A DNA stretch of 64,000 nucleotides from an uncultured archaeon (GTDB lineage: Archaea > Thermoplasmatota > Penumbrarchaeia > JASLWR01), in contig CAYFHS010000011.1 in assembly GCA_964342815.1 (NCBI GenBank), positions 32,001-96,000 on the forward strand, given 5' to 3'. The position numbers and the translations under genes were made by a program. The notes below the pieces were generated by a model that was not told the origin of the DNA, made no database searches, and saw only the letters and a list, made by a program, of their open reading frames with translations. Within the stretch, counting starts at the first letter, position 1, and each line of letters starts with the position of its first letter. Below are positions 30,085 through 39,519 of the stretch, one piece after another.

Positions 30085-30960
30085 TTAGAGGATTCTACGC
30101 TGTTTAACAACAATTAGAACCATAATAACAAGAATGACCCAAAGCAATAACGACAGATCAAATCCCGGTGTCTCTTCCTGTTTATCGGGTTTGTCATTCG
30201 AATCATCATCGCTATCATCATCCGAAGGGGTACTATCATCGTTATCCTCATCGGAATCGTCATCCTCTCCTGTGTTATCATCGGGCAAATCCTCAACTTC
30301 GTATTTATCGGGGATACCATCTTCATTCGAGTCCCTTAAAAGCGGGACCTTCACGTAACTGGACCCATCAGTGAATATAAAGATATCATGGCGACGTTGC
30401 TGAACGCTAATACCCAGCTGCACTTCGATGGTAAGGATTAGGTAATTATCTATCATCTCCTTGTCCAGGGTAAATGAACAATAATACATATCGGTCCCGT
30501 TTTCTTTGACATCGGTAGTGCCTCCACGAGGTTCCTGCTTTATCGTACTTGCCTGGATGGATTCATTATATGTTTTGTTTACCTCATGTAATCGAACATT
30601 CCAACTATTGATCTCATTAGGTGTAGAAAGATGGATGAAAACTTCACACAGCGATGACGTATTCAGGTACAACTTACCGTATTCGGCGTCGCTGTTGTGA
30701 CCTCCGTAGGGTTGAAATGCCAGTTCAAATCTTCCGGAGGGCACTAGGAGCGCCGACTCGTTATAATGATATTCGGGCGTTATCACATTTTCATCATCTA
30801 CATCGAGGAAATGGTCCGGGGCCGCATTTTCATCATACAGTAAATAAAGATTGTCACTGTCAAATTGTCCGTTTACGATTCCTGCGGCGGCATCCACGGA
30901 ATCTATTGATACGAACAATGCAATTATCAGGCATATTACAGAATAATATACTATTTTCAT
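30085..30960 (-). CDS. PGF-CTERM cell-surface protein
   Basis: Signal peptide; DSNEDGIPD Ca-binding-like motif; acidic linker; ETPGF then TM then KQRRIL. Confidence 0.8.
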   Translation of the reverse strand: MKIVYYSVICLIIALFVSIDSVDAAAGIVNGQFDSDNLYLLYDENAAPDHFLDVDDENVITPEYHYNESALLVPSGRFELAFQPYGGHNSDAEYGKLYLNTSSLCEVFIHLSTPNEINSWNVRLHEVNKTYNESIQASTIKQEPRGGTTDVKENGTDMYYCSFTLDKEMIDNYLILTIEVQLGISVQQRRHDIFIFTDGSSYVKVPLLRDSNEDGIPDKYEVEDLPDDNTGEDDDSDEDNDDSTPSDDDSDDDSNDKPDKQEETPGFDLSLLLWVILVIMVLIVVKQRRIL

Positions 30961-31188
30961 GGGATTCCTCGTTTCGTTTGGTGAACGTACTATGGTACTA
31001 TGTTTTTGTTATTATATAAGAATAGTGTAAATTTTAGTTATTATCTCGACAATTTCGCATAACTATGATATAAACGGACTGGTAGGATTTCACTCGTCCA
31101 AGTAGCATTCAAGCTCAGTAAATCCATCGTTGCTAGGCGTTATTCACCCAGCATCGATACCGCTTCGGTGAACCTTATTGCTACGAAA

Positions 31189-34100
31189 CTAACCCAACTC
31201 ATCCATCAGGTCATCGAAATCTATCTCATCGGACGGTGGAGCTTCAGGTGGCGGAGGAGTGTCCGACGGTTCCGCTGCCGGTTCTTGTTCGATCGAAGTC
31301 GGCGGCGAGCTTTCTTCACCCCACTCATCCTCTCCGATCTCATCCGCTTCTATTGAATTCTCGGTCATGTCGAACATTTCCTCCTCCAGTTCTTCCTCGA
31401 GAGCATCTGCCGGGTTTTCATCCACTTCACCCCAATCACTTCCCGTGTCTCCCCCGGGTTTGTCCGTTGCTTCCTCGAAAACAAGCTCGGAACTTTCTTC
31501 GGGAATGTCCGGCTCCGCTTTCACTTCTGGTTCTTGTTCCGGGGGTTGGGCCATACCTTTCTCCACCGTTATTTCTTCCTTCACTTCCGGTTCCTCGAAA
31601 GCGTCCACAGGGATCTCTTCGATAATCTCGTTTCCCGGTGAATCCTCCTCCTTCGGTATTTTCACCGTCGTTTCATCATTTATCACTTCCCGGTCGGGTG
31701 AATCATCAGCCTGTGGGGCATGGTCCGCTTCTCCCGGCTCCTCCGTTTGGCTAACTTCACCCATTGGATATTCTGCCATTGGCATCATGGGCGGCTGCAT
31801 GCCTTCCCAATATTTGTATTTCTTCTTTTTGTGCTTCTTCTTCATCTTCTTTCTTCTCTTATCGAAGAGGTCCTTCAACTTTATTGCCTCTCGGACGTCC
31901 ACCACGCCGCCGTTTATCATGAGGTCCGCACGTGAATCCCAGAAACGGTCGATCTCTTTACGAGTCTCGGCCGCTTCGATTCCGTTTTTCATAAAATGGT
32001 ACCTGCGCCATTTCCAGAGCTGACCTAAAACCAGCAGACCGATCAGTATCGGGCTCGACAATCCCAGCACTTCAAGGAAGTTAAAAATATATTTCGTAGG
32101 CAGTTTGTAGCTGAAAAGCTGGATCCAACCGCTTTCGGCGTCCTTCGGATACCTGTCGTCCTCGTCCGGGATCCCATCATTGTCATCGTCGGGGTCCGCA
32201 TTATCGCCAGTGCCGTCCTTGTCGAAATCACCGGATTCCTGTGGGTCCTCGGAGAACAATAGCGACCGGTTCGTCCCGTAAGCGTCGAAGCTGTAACCTG
32301 CAGGTTCATCCATGTCCGGCACACCGTCGTTGTCATCGTCGCTGTCTTCATTATTACCAAGGCCGTCGCCATCCGTGTCCTTAGATTCGTTGGCATTGTA
32401 CGGGAAGGCATCGAGATAATTTACTACCTCATCGCCATCGATATCCTGGTCTGTGTTGTCACCCACTCCGTCGCCATCCGTGTCGATTATCTCCCGTGGA
32501 TTCAGCGGGAAAAGATCCATGTCATCGGATATATTGTCATTGTCGTCATCCGTATCGGCATTGTCGCCCACGAGATCGCCGTCCGTATCCTGCCATTCGT
32601 TGGGATCGGTGGGGAACGGATCCGATGTGTCGGGAATGAGATCATTGTCGTCATCTGTATCGTAGGAATCCGGGACCAGATCACCGTCCGTGTCCAGAGG
32701 TGTCGATAAGGAACTTGTGTAATCCGTCTTCTCCGCTATCTCCAGGGCATCCGAATAACCGTCGTTGTCATCGTCTGTGTCGCTGTTGTCGCCTATTCCG
32801 TCGCCGTCATTGTCGGCCCATTCGTTCGGATTCTTCGGAAACGCGTCATTGATGTCACTGGTGTTATCGTTGTCGTCGTCGGTATCGGCGTTATCCCCTA
32901 TTCCGTCGCCGTCGAAGTCCGACCGCTCGGTCCGGTCATAGGGAAATGCGTCATCATCATTCAGAACCCCGTCGTTATCATTGTCGTTATCCAGTGTATC
33001 GGGAATTCCGTCACTGTCTGCATCCGGCGGCGTGGAATTGCTGTCCAGGGGATCGTACCCCGCGCTGGTTTCCATAATATCGCTGATATTGTCGTTATCG
33101 TCGTCATCATCGCGGTTGTCACCCACTCCGTCACCGTCGAAATCCTCCCATTCGTAGGGATCGTCCACGAAGATATCGCTGTTATCGCCGTGCCCGTCAT
33201 TGTCCGTATCGTTCCATTCGGTACCATCGAATGGGAATGCGTCACCATTGTCCCCGTAACCGTCCTTATCACTGTCCATCCATTCATAGGGATTTTTCGG
33301 AAAACGGTCAGAATTATCGCCGTAACCGTCGCTGTCGGTATCTTTCCATTCGTTCCGATTCTGCGGGAATGCATCGCTGTTGTCCCCCACTCCATCGCCG
33401 TCGCTGTCCCTCCACTCGCCCGGATTATTCAAGAATTGGTCGCCATTATCGCCATGTCCATCACCATCGGTGTCGTTCCATTCGTTCTCGTCGAAAGGAA
33501 ACGCATCCCCGTTGTCGCCGTATCCATCGCTATCGCTGTCCATCCACTCGTAGGGATTCGCAGGGAAAAGATCGCTATTGTCCCCGTGTCCATCGCTATC
33601 GCTGTCCCTCCATTCGTTGATGTCCTGGGGGAATGCATCTCTGTTATCACCCACTCCATCCCCATCCGAATCCAGCCACTCGGTGGGATCCAGCGGGAAA
33701 ACATCGCCGTTATCTCCATGTCCGTCACCGTCGGTGTCATTCCATTCACCACCATCGAAAGGGAATGCATCCCCGTTATCACCGTAACCATCGCTATCAC
33801 TGTCCATCCATTCAAAGGGATTCGCTGGATACAGATCGCTGTTATCTCCATGTCCGTCGCTGTCTGTATCGTTCCACTCTGTGTTGTTGTACGGGAACAT
33901 ATCTCTGTTATTACCGTATCCGTCGTTATCGCTATCCACCCATTCCAGGGGATCAACCGGGAAAACATCGGAATTATCTCCGTGTCCGTCGTAATCGGTG
34001 TCATTCCATTCGCTATTGTTGTAAGGGAACATGTCCCTGTTGTTACCGTATCCGTCGTTATCGCTGTCCACCCATTCCAGTGGGTCCGTCGGGAAAACAT

Positions 34101-36681
34101 CGGCATTATCCCCATGTCCGTCGTAATCGGTATCATTCCACTCGGTGTTGTTATACGTGAACATGTCCCTGTTGTTACCGTAACCGTCACCATCACTGTC
34201 CACCCATTCAAGAGGATCATAGGGAAATTCGTCACCGGTTACCACGTTGTACTGGATTCCCCTTATAACAACCTTCGAGCCGGGAACGTTATCTCCAAAA
34301 CCGTCCCCGTCCGAATCCCTCCACTGTGTCTTCTCTGATGGAAATGCATCTGAGAACGTATCTCCGAAGAAATCACCGTCGGCATCCACATATTCCAACC
34401 GGTTCCATGGAAGCTCGTCGAAAAAGTCCCCGTATCCGTCCGAATCGCTATCCAGCCACTCTGTGGGATCTATTGGAAAATCGTCCTGGTCGTCTGCAAA
34501 TCCATCGCTGTCCGAATCCTCCTGAAATATTCCCTCTCCCTGGTTGATCATAACGGTTATGGAATACTTGCCACCCACGGCTGAAAGGGTGGCGATATCC
34601 AGCTTCCCGTCGAAATCGACGTCAGCGAGCTGTATTTCCAAGGGCTCCTCGTTAACCGTATAGTCCGTTCGGGAGCCGAATGTCCCGTCACCCTTGTTAA
34701 TGAATATACTTACCGTATCGTCCTCCTTGTTGGCGGTTACGATATCCGGGAATGTGTCTCCGTTCACGTCCCCCACGGCAACTGCGGAGGGATTGTTTCC
34801 GGTGGTATAAGTCCTTTTGTTATTAGCCCCAAATAGCCCCGCTGAATTGTAATAGACCTCCATATTGTTATTGGATTCGGATACACCAATTATCTCCGCA
34901 CGGTTATCCCCCGTCAGATCGGACACGGCAAAGGCATCTATGGCGATAGCATAATCATCACTCAGTGCGAGGCCGCCGGTTCCGTCCGCACGCCAAACCG
35001 TTATCCTTTTACCATTTGATACTACAACATCAGAAAAACTGTTATCCGTAACGTCACCCACTTCGCTTCGCTCAGGACCTATTATGGTGGTGTGGTTGGA
35101 ATTCCATACCGCCACACCGTTTACGGTATCATATACACTTATATTGTCCTGCTCAGTGTTTACTACAACTATCCTGGCAGTTTCCTTGAGGTAGCTTAAA
35201 TCGTTTGTTGAACCGTTCAGTACGAGATTGTTTGCGCTTGAGAAATTACCGAATCCCCCGTTGGGATATATCTTCAGTAGCTTCTGACCCTTTATCGTTA
35301 TAATAATGTCATCTCCGTTCTTGGCATCGGTATTCCCCAATACCAGTGATGTCGGTACCCCCTGTGTGGCAATGTTCGTACGGTTTCCGAATAAACCCAC
35401 AAAATTGTCCGTCTTTACTGTGATCTGAAGCCCGTTAGTCACAACGAGATTCAGCCCGAATGCAGCCATGTTCAGATCGGCAAAGGCGAATTTATTAGGT
35501 TTCTGTGTTAGAGCGAAATCCCTTCTACCCGTGAAGAAACTGCCCAAACCGTTGTTTGCCAGGATGGTGACGTACGGCGTACCGAAGGGATGAATGTTCC
35601 ATGAACAGTAGTTAACTGTAACAACATCGATATCGGAATCTGCATCCATATCCGCCACCTTGATATCCTTTGGAAACGTGCCCACAGGATAGTTTATGCT
35701 CTTTCGGAATTTCCCGTCCCCGTCATTATAAAGGACTGTGATAGTATGATCGTTTTCATTAGATGTCAATATGTCCATGTCCCCGTCAGCGTCGACGTCT
35801 CCAGCCGTTACAGAACTGGCTCCCCTTCCTACTAGGTTCTCGTTCCGAACAATCCCGTTTCCGTTGAATCTTAGGATGGTGACCCTATCGTTTCCGCAAG
35901 TGATTATGTCCCCCAACCGGTCCCCGTTGATATCTACAATAGTAACGGAGTTGGGTTTGTTGGATGTTCTGAAATCAATCTTGGGGTTGAAACCACCAGC
36001 CCCGTTATTAAGCAGCATCGAGACCTTGCTGTCGTTCTTGTTGGCAGTGACAATATCGAGATGGCCATCGTTGTTGATATCTCCCACATCCACTCCCTGA
36101 GGGTTCTGCCCCACCCCTAACGGAATCGCACCTCCGAAAGCCCCGGCTCCGTTGTTCTTCAATATTGCTACCTGGCCGACCTCGTAGAGCGAAGCCACAA
36201 TGTCTGGACCGTTATTCTTGTCCACGTCACCCACTGCAATCTTCCAGGGGGCTGCTCCAACCGCGTATTCCGTGTGGTTACCGAAGCCTCCCGAACCGTT
36301 ATTAAGGAGAACGGACACCGAATCGTTGCCGGCATTGGCCACGGCAAGGTCCTCATACCCGTCGCCGTTGAGATCCGCCACAACGACGTACCGTGGATAA
36401 TTACCAACCGAGTAATTGGTAACAGTCAGGCCGTTGCCTTTGTTCAAAAAAACTGATACATTGTGCAATTCGATGTTCGCAGTAACGATATCGGTGCCGT
36501 TACCCCGGTCGAAATCCCCGGTATCTACGGAAATTGCACCTTCGCCGGTGTTGAACCACCCGGTGCTGCTGTCCACCTGTTCCCCGTCAACTTGATCGGG
36601 GACGATTGCCAGAATTCCAAGTAAGCTGTTCGCAACGAGAATAATCCAGATAAATATCGCTGTTGTTCTTTTCATTTCCAT
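31189..36681 (-). CDS. Large surface adhesin-like protein: FG-GAP/VCBS repeats, thrombospondin type-3-like Ca-binding repeats, TM, acidic Pro-rich tail
   Basis: 1830 aa. Repeated ADLNGDGYEDLAVAN / GDINNDGHLDIVTAN; many DxDGDGxGDNxDxFPxDxxEWxD repeats; TM SPILIGLLVLGQLW. Confidence 0.88.
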   Translation of the reverse strand: MEMKRTTAIFIWIILVANSLLGILAIVPDQVDGEQVDSSTGWFNTGEGAISVDTGDFDRGNGTDIVTANIELHNVSVFLNKGNGLTVTNYSVGNYPRYVVVADLNGDGYEDLAVANAGNDSVSVLLNNGSGGFGNHTEYAVGAAPWKIAVGDVDKNNGPDIVASLYEVGQVAILKNNGAGAFGGAIPLGVGQNPQGVDVGDINNDGHLDIVTANKNDSKVSMLLNNGAGGFNPKIDFRTSNKPNSVTIVDINGDRLGDIITCGNDRVTILRFNGNGIVRNENLVGRGASSVTAGDVDADGDMDILTSNENDHTITVLYNDGDGKFRKSINYPVGTFPKDIKVADMDADSDIDVVTVNYCSWNIHPFGTPYVTILANNGLGSFFTGRRDFALTQKPNKFAFADLNMAAFGLNLVVTNGLQITVKTDNFVGLFGNRTNIATQGVPTSLVLGNTDAKNGDDIIITIKGQKLLKIYPNGGFGNFSSANNLVLNGSTNDLSYLKETARIVVVNTEQDNISVYDTVNGVAVWNSNHTTIIGPERSEVGDVTDNSFSDVVVSNGKRITVWRADGTGGLALSDDYAIAIDAFAVSDLTGDNRAEIIGVSESNNNMEVYYNSAGLFGANNKRTYTTGNNPSAVAVGDVNGDTFPDIVTANKEDDTVSIFINKGDGTFGSRTDYTVNEEPLEIQLADVDFDGKLDIATLSAVGGKYSITVMINQGEGIFQEDSDSDGFADDQDDFPIDPTEWLDSDSDGYGDFFDELPWNRLEYVDADGDFFGDTFSDAFPSEKTQWRDSDGDGFGDNVPGSKVVIRGIQYNVVTGDEFPYDPLEWVDSDGDGYGNNRDMFTYNNTEWNDTDYDGHGDNADVFPTDPLEWVDSDNDGYGNNRDMFPYNNSEWNDTDYDGHGDNSDVFPVDPLEWVDSDNDGYGNNRDMFPYNNTEWNDTDSDGHGDNSDLYPANPFEWMDSDSDGYGDNGDAFPFDGGEWNDTDGDGHGDNGDVFPLDPTEWLDSDGDGVGDNRDAFPQDINEWRDSDSDGHGDNSDLFPANPYEWMDSDSDGYGDNGDAFPFDENEWNDTDGDGHGDNGDQFLNNPGEWRDSDGDGVGDNSDAFPQNRNEWKDTDSDGYGDNSDRFPKNPYEWMDSDKDGYGDNGDAFPFDGTEWNDTDNDGHGDNSDIFVDDPYEWEDFDGDGVGDNRDDDDDNDNISDIMETSAGYDPLDSNSTPPDADSDGIPDTLDNDNDNDGVLNDDDAFPYDRTERSDFDGDGIGDNADTDDDNDNTSDINDAFPKNPNEWADNDGDGIGDNSDTDDDNDGYSDALEIAEKTDYTSSLSTPLDTDGDLVPDSYDTDDDNDLIPDTSDPFPTDPNEWQDTDGDLVGDNADTDDDNDNISDDMDLFPLNPREIIDTDGDGVGDNTDQDIDGDEVVNYLDAFPYNANESKDTDGDGLGNNEDSDDDNDGVPDMDEPAGYSFDAYGTNRSLLFSEDPQESGDFDKDGTGDNADPDDDNDGIPDEDDRYPKDAESGWIQLFSYKLPTKYIFNFLEVLGLSSPILIGLLVLGQLWKWRRYHFMKNGIEAAETRKEIDRFWDSRADLMINGGVVDVREAIKLKDLFDKRRKKMKKKHKKKKYKYWEGMQPPMMPMAEYPMGEVSQTEEPGEADHAPQADDSPDREVINDETTVKIPKEEDSPGNEIIEEIPVDAFEEPEVKEEITVEKGMAQPPEQEPEVKAEPDIPEESSELVFEEATDKPGGDTGSDWGEVDENPADALEEELEEEMFDMTENSIEADEIGEDEWGEESSPPTSIEQEPAAEPSDTPPPPEAPPSDEIDFDDLMDELG
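32150..34520 (-). repeat. Coding tandem repeat array (TSP3-like, about 23-aa / 69-bp period in the core)
   Basis: Near-identical nucleotide repeats encoding DSDGYGNNRDMFPYNNxEWNDTD-type units; boundaries approximate. Confidence 0.8.
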
Positions 36682-36815
36682 ACCTCACTTTCTGTAGAAT
36701 AAAAAACATTTTACCAGAGATATATGTGGTTTTATAAAAATGATGCTTTGTATGTCTAAAATAAATGGAAAATGAACAGTGATTTAATAAAATTATTGAG
36801 GGGACTGACTTTCTT

Positions 36816-37649
36816 TTAAATGCTCAAACTCATGTATTCATTCTTTAATAACAACGCGTCGTCTTCAATACTGGGACTCTCGCAGATCACCACACCAGCA
36901 CAGTCGAAATCCTTCATGGTTTTTACCAGATCCCTGTAGTTCAGATCCGATTTTTCCAGCTCCAGGTGTCTCTTTTCCCCTCTCGGGCCGTATTCGATAC
37001 CGGAGATGTGTATGTGGAGATTCTTCAATTCGTCAGCACCCAGTCTTGTCTCCATCTCCTCGAAAACATTAGCGAAATCCTCGTAGGTATTGTATGCGCC
37101 GTTTAGAGCGTGAAGATGTGCAAAATCGATGCAAGGGTGAATGCCTTCGATCTCCTCGCAGAGGCGCAGTATCTCGGGGAGCTTTCCGAAGGATTTTATC
37201 TTTCCCATAAGTTCGGGACATACTCTGACATCGTTATTTTCCGCAGCTAGTGTTTCCACAACCTTTTCAAGGGCCTCTTTCATGATGTCATAAGTCTTAT
37301 TTGTGTCATTCTCGTAATAATAACCAGCGTGGAATGTGATGGACCTGCCGCCGCACTTCTTTAAAATCCTTGCCGTGTTCAATATTCTTTCCATGGATTT
37401 GATTCTCACATCGTCCTTCTCCGAGGCTAGATTGACGTAATAGGGGCCGTGAGCCGTGAGAACGACCCCGCTTTCCCGTGCGGCCACACTGGCTTTTTCC
37501 GCCAATGAATCACTCATTCTGACGCCTCTGACGAATTCCAGCTCCATGGCATCAAGTCCCAGTTCTCTTACCCTCATTATTCCCTCGGGAGTCCCTCTCT
37601 TCTTTGTGCTGAGAGGAATCCCCGCTGTACCGAAACACAATCGCTCCAT
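36816..37649 (-). CDS. nfo: Endonuclease IV (AP endonuclease family 2)
   Basis: HGPYYVNLAS, TFHAG, PELMGK, CIDFAH, HIHISG, EKRHL, VICESP metal-ligand motifs. Confidence 0.88.
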   Translation of the reverse strand: MERLCFGTAGIPLSTKKRGTPEGIMRVRELGLDAMELEFVRGVRMSDSLAEKASVAARESGVVLTAHGPYYVNLASEKDDVRIKSMERILNTARILKKCGGRSITFHAGYYYENDTNKTYDIMKEALEKVVETLAAENNDVRVCPELMGKIKSFGKLPEILRLCEEIEGIHPCIDFAHLHALNGAYNTYEDFANVFEEMETRLGADELKNLHIHISGIEYGPRGEKRHLELEKSDLNYRDLVKTMKDFDCAGVVICESPSIEDDALLLKNEYMSLSI

Positions 37650-37890
37650 GTCAAAACCCCAAGTAAACCGGATGAATCGAGATTCACCCGGAAATAAAAT
37701 GCATTATGACATAAATCTATATAAAAAAGTAACGGTATATACTGTTGATAAACACCCGGGGGGGGGTCGTTTAGCATTTATTTTCAGTGATCAAAAATAA
37801 GCTATCGTACCGAAATCTCGGAGATTAATTAGGATATATCCGGGATGACCCGAAATGTCTTTGCATCGAAAACAGTAAAGGGGTGACCCA

Positions 37891-38226
37891 ATGGCGGACA
37901 AGCTGACAGAGGACTCGTCAAAGTACAAATCGCTTATCGAGGAGTATTACAAGGGACAAATCGTGAGAGCGCTGGTTGTCTTACAGGTACAAGCCGATAA
38001 AGGCGACGAGATTGCAATGACCCTTTCGAAAGTGAGTCATGTAAAAGATGTCTTTCTGGTAACGGGAGAAGCAGATATCATACTGAAGGTAACATTCGAA
38101 CGTCCCGAGGAACTCATGTCATTTATCATGAAAGACGTATCGAAGCTTCCGGGCGTCATCGACTCCAAAGTATTGATGATCCTCACGAGCTATAAAGAAA
38201 TGGGAAGAATCGTAATAGAGGAATAG
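37891..38226 (+). CDS. Lrp/AsnC ligand-binding-domain protein (demi-FFRP, no HTH)
   Basis: VKDVFLVTGEADIILKV…LPGVIDSKVLMIL RAM-domain pattern; GGGGTGA RBS. Confidence 0.8.
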   Translation: MADKLTEDSSKYKSLIEEYYKGQIVRALVVLQVQADKGDEIAMTLSKVSHVKDVFLVTGEADIILKVTFERPEELMSFIMKDVSKLPGVIDSKVLMILTSYKEMGRIVIEE

Positions 38227-38255
38227 GTCAATGGATTGCGAATGGCATAAATCCC

Positions 38256-39272
38256 TTAAAAGAAATCCAGCCGAATCTGCCTGTGGGCAGGGTTGATTGC
38301 TTCTATCTTTTCAATATACTTTTTGATTGTGGATTCCGTGAACTGGTGTCCGTCCATGTAGAGTTCTAGCAAGCGGTCGATCTGGGGTCTTTTCCATATC
38401 AGCTCGTAATCGGTGCTGGCTTCGGGGTTCAGAAATATGTTTCGGATCTCTTCGTAATGCTCTATCTCGTAACCTGTTTCCGCTATGACATCCTCGAGTT
38501 TACCATGCTTCTTTATCAGTTTTAATGACTTCTTTGGGCCGATCCCTTTTATCCCTTCGTTAAAATCGGTTCCTATCAATATGGCCATGTCCACCAACTG
38601 TTCACGTGATATGCCGTGGGTTTCAAGTACCTCTGAGAGCCGTATCTTCTCGATATTCACCGTTTTGTAATGCCGTTTACCAGGCATCTTCCTTCTCCCT
38701 GACATGGTAATATTTCTTATGAGAGTAGTGGAGCCAAACAGCAGGGAATCGAAATCCTGCGAGCCAGTAGCATACACTTCACCCTTTGCTGTCATTAAGC
38801 TGGCCTGTGCCTCCCCGTCCGATGTCGCCTGCACCCAGGGTATCCCCATGAGTTCGATAACATGTTTTGTCTCCCGAACCATTTCGTGCGTGAAATGGGA
38901 TGTCTGCTGCGCCTTCGATCTCGCTCTTTCCATGTCCCCTTCCAAAAGAGCCTCCTTCCATTGCTCCATTGCCTCTTTCTTCCTCATGATCCTGTACGTA
39001 ATGGTGCTCTCCTTCAAGGGATGTGGTGCACCATCGAAGACAAACACAGGCTTGATCCCGGCTTCAAGGAGATTGGAGGTTCGGCTAAGGAGGCCCATGA
39101 GGTGAGATACCACGTTATCGTTGTCATCGGTGAGCGGTCGTCCGTCCCTCAATCGAATGGAGGCTAGGAACTGATATATCATGTTGTAAGTGTCGAGAGC
39201 TATGATCTTTCCCGATAGCTCATCTAGAGAAATTGTCTCTGGCTCAAGCAGTGTTTTCAGGTTGATACCCAT
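38256..39272 (-). CDS. fen: Flap endonuclease-1
   Basis: MGINL…IALDTYNMIYQFLASIR, KPVFVFDG, DGEAQAS, SQDFDSLLFG, IGTDFNEGIKGIGPK; C-terminal PIP-like QIRLDFF. Confidence 0.95.
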   Translation of the reverse strand: MGINLKTLLEPETISLDELSGKIIALDTYNMIYQFLASIRLRDGRPLTDDNDNVVSHLMGLLSRTSNLLEAGIKPVFVFDGAPHPLKESTITYRIMRKKEAMEQWKEALLEGDMERARSKAQQTSHFTHEMVRETKHVIELMGIPWVQATSDGEAQASLMTAKGEVYATGSQDFDSLLFGSTTLIRNITMSGRRKMPGKRHYKTVNIEKIRLSEVLETHGISREQLVDMAILIGTDFNEGIKGIGPKKSLKLIKKHGKLEDVIAETGYEIEHYEEIRNIFLNPEASTDYELIWKRPQIDRLLELYMDGHQFTESTIKKYIEKIEAINPAHRQIRLDFF

Positions 39273-39519
39273 TACTTCACCTTCTTCACACAGTAAAGCG
39301 GAGGCCTTTAATCAAGACCTGCTTCTGATATGATATCGCACGGAGTGTAATAAAGTTTACGGGCAGGAAAGCACCCATGCAAAAAGCCTTTCCCCCCTCC
39401 ATGTCAATTGAGTAAAAACGATTTTGAATAATACGAAAAAGGCCGCGCTAACTATAAAAATACGTAAGATATATAGTTTGGAAAGAAATATAATAAGGTA
39501 AAAGAAAAGATATACTCCC

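Noticed and set aside
31102-31184. MITE (GTAGCA…TGCTAC ends, internal TTCACC…GGTGAA stem)
   Set aside because: The inverted repeats are only 6 bp and the block lies right after a stop codon; more simply a terminator-like structure.
32150-34520. CRISPR-like periodic repeats
   Set aside because: The repeats are in-frame coding units of the TSP3-like stalk, with no unique spacers and no cas genes.
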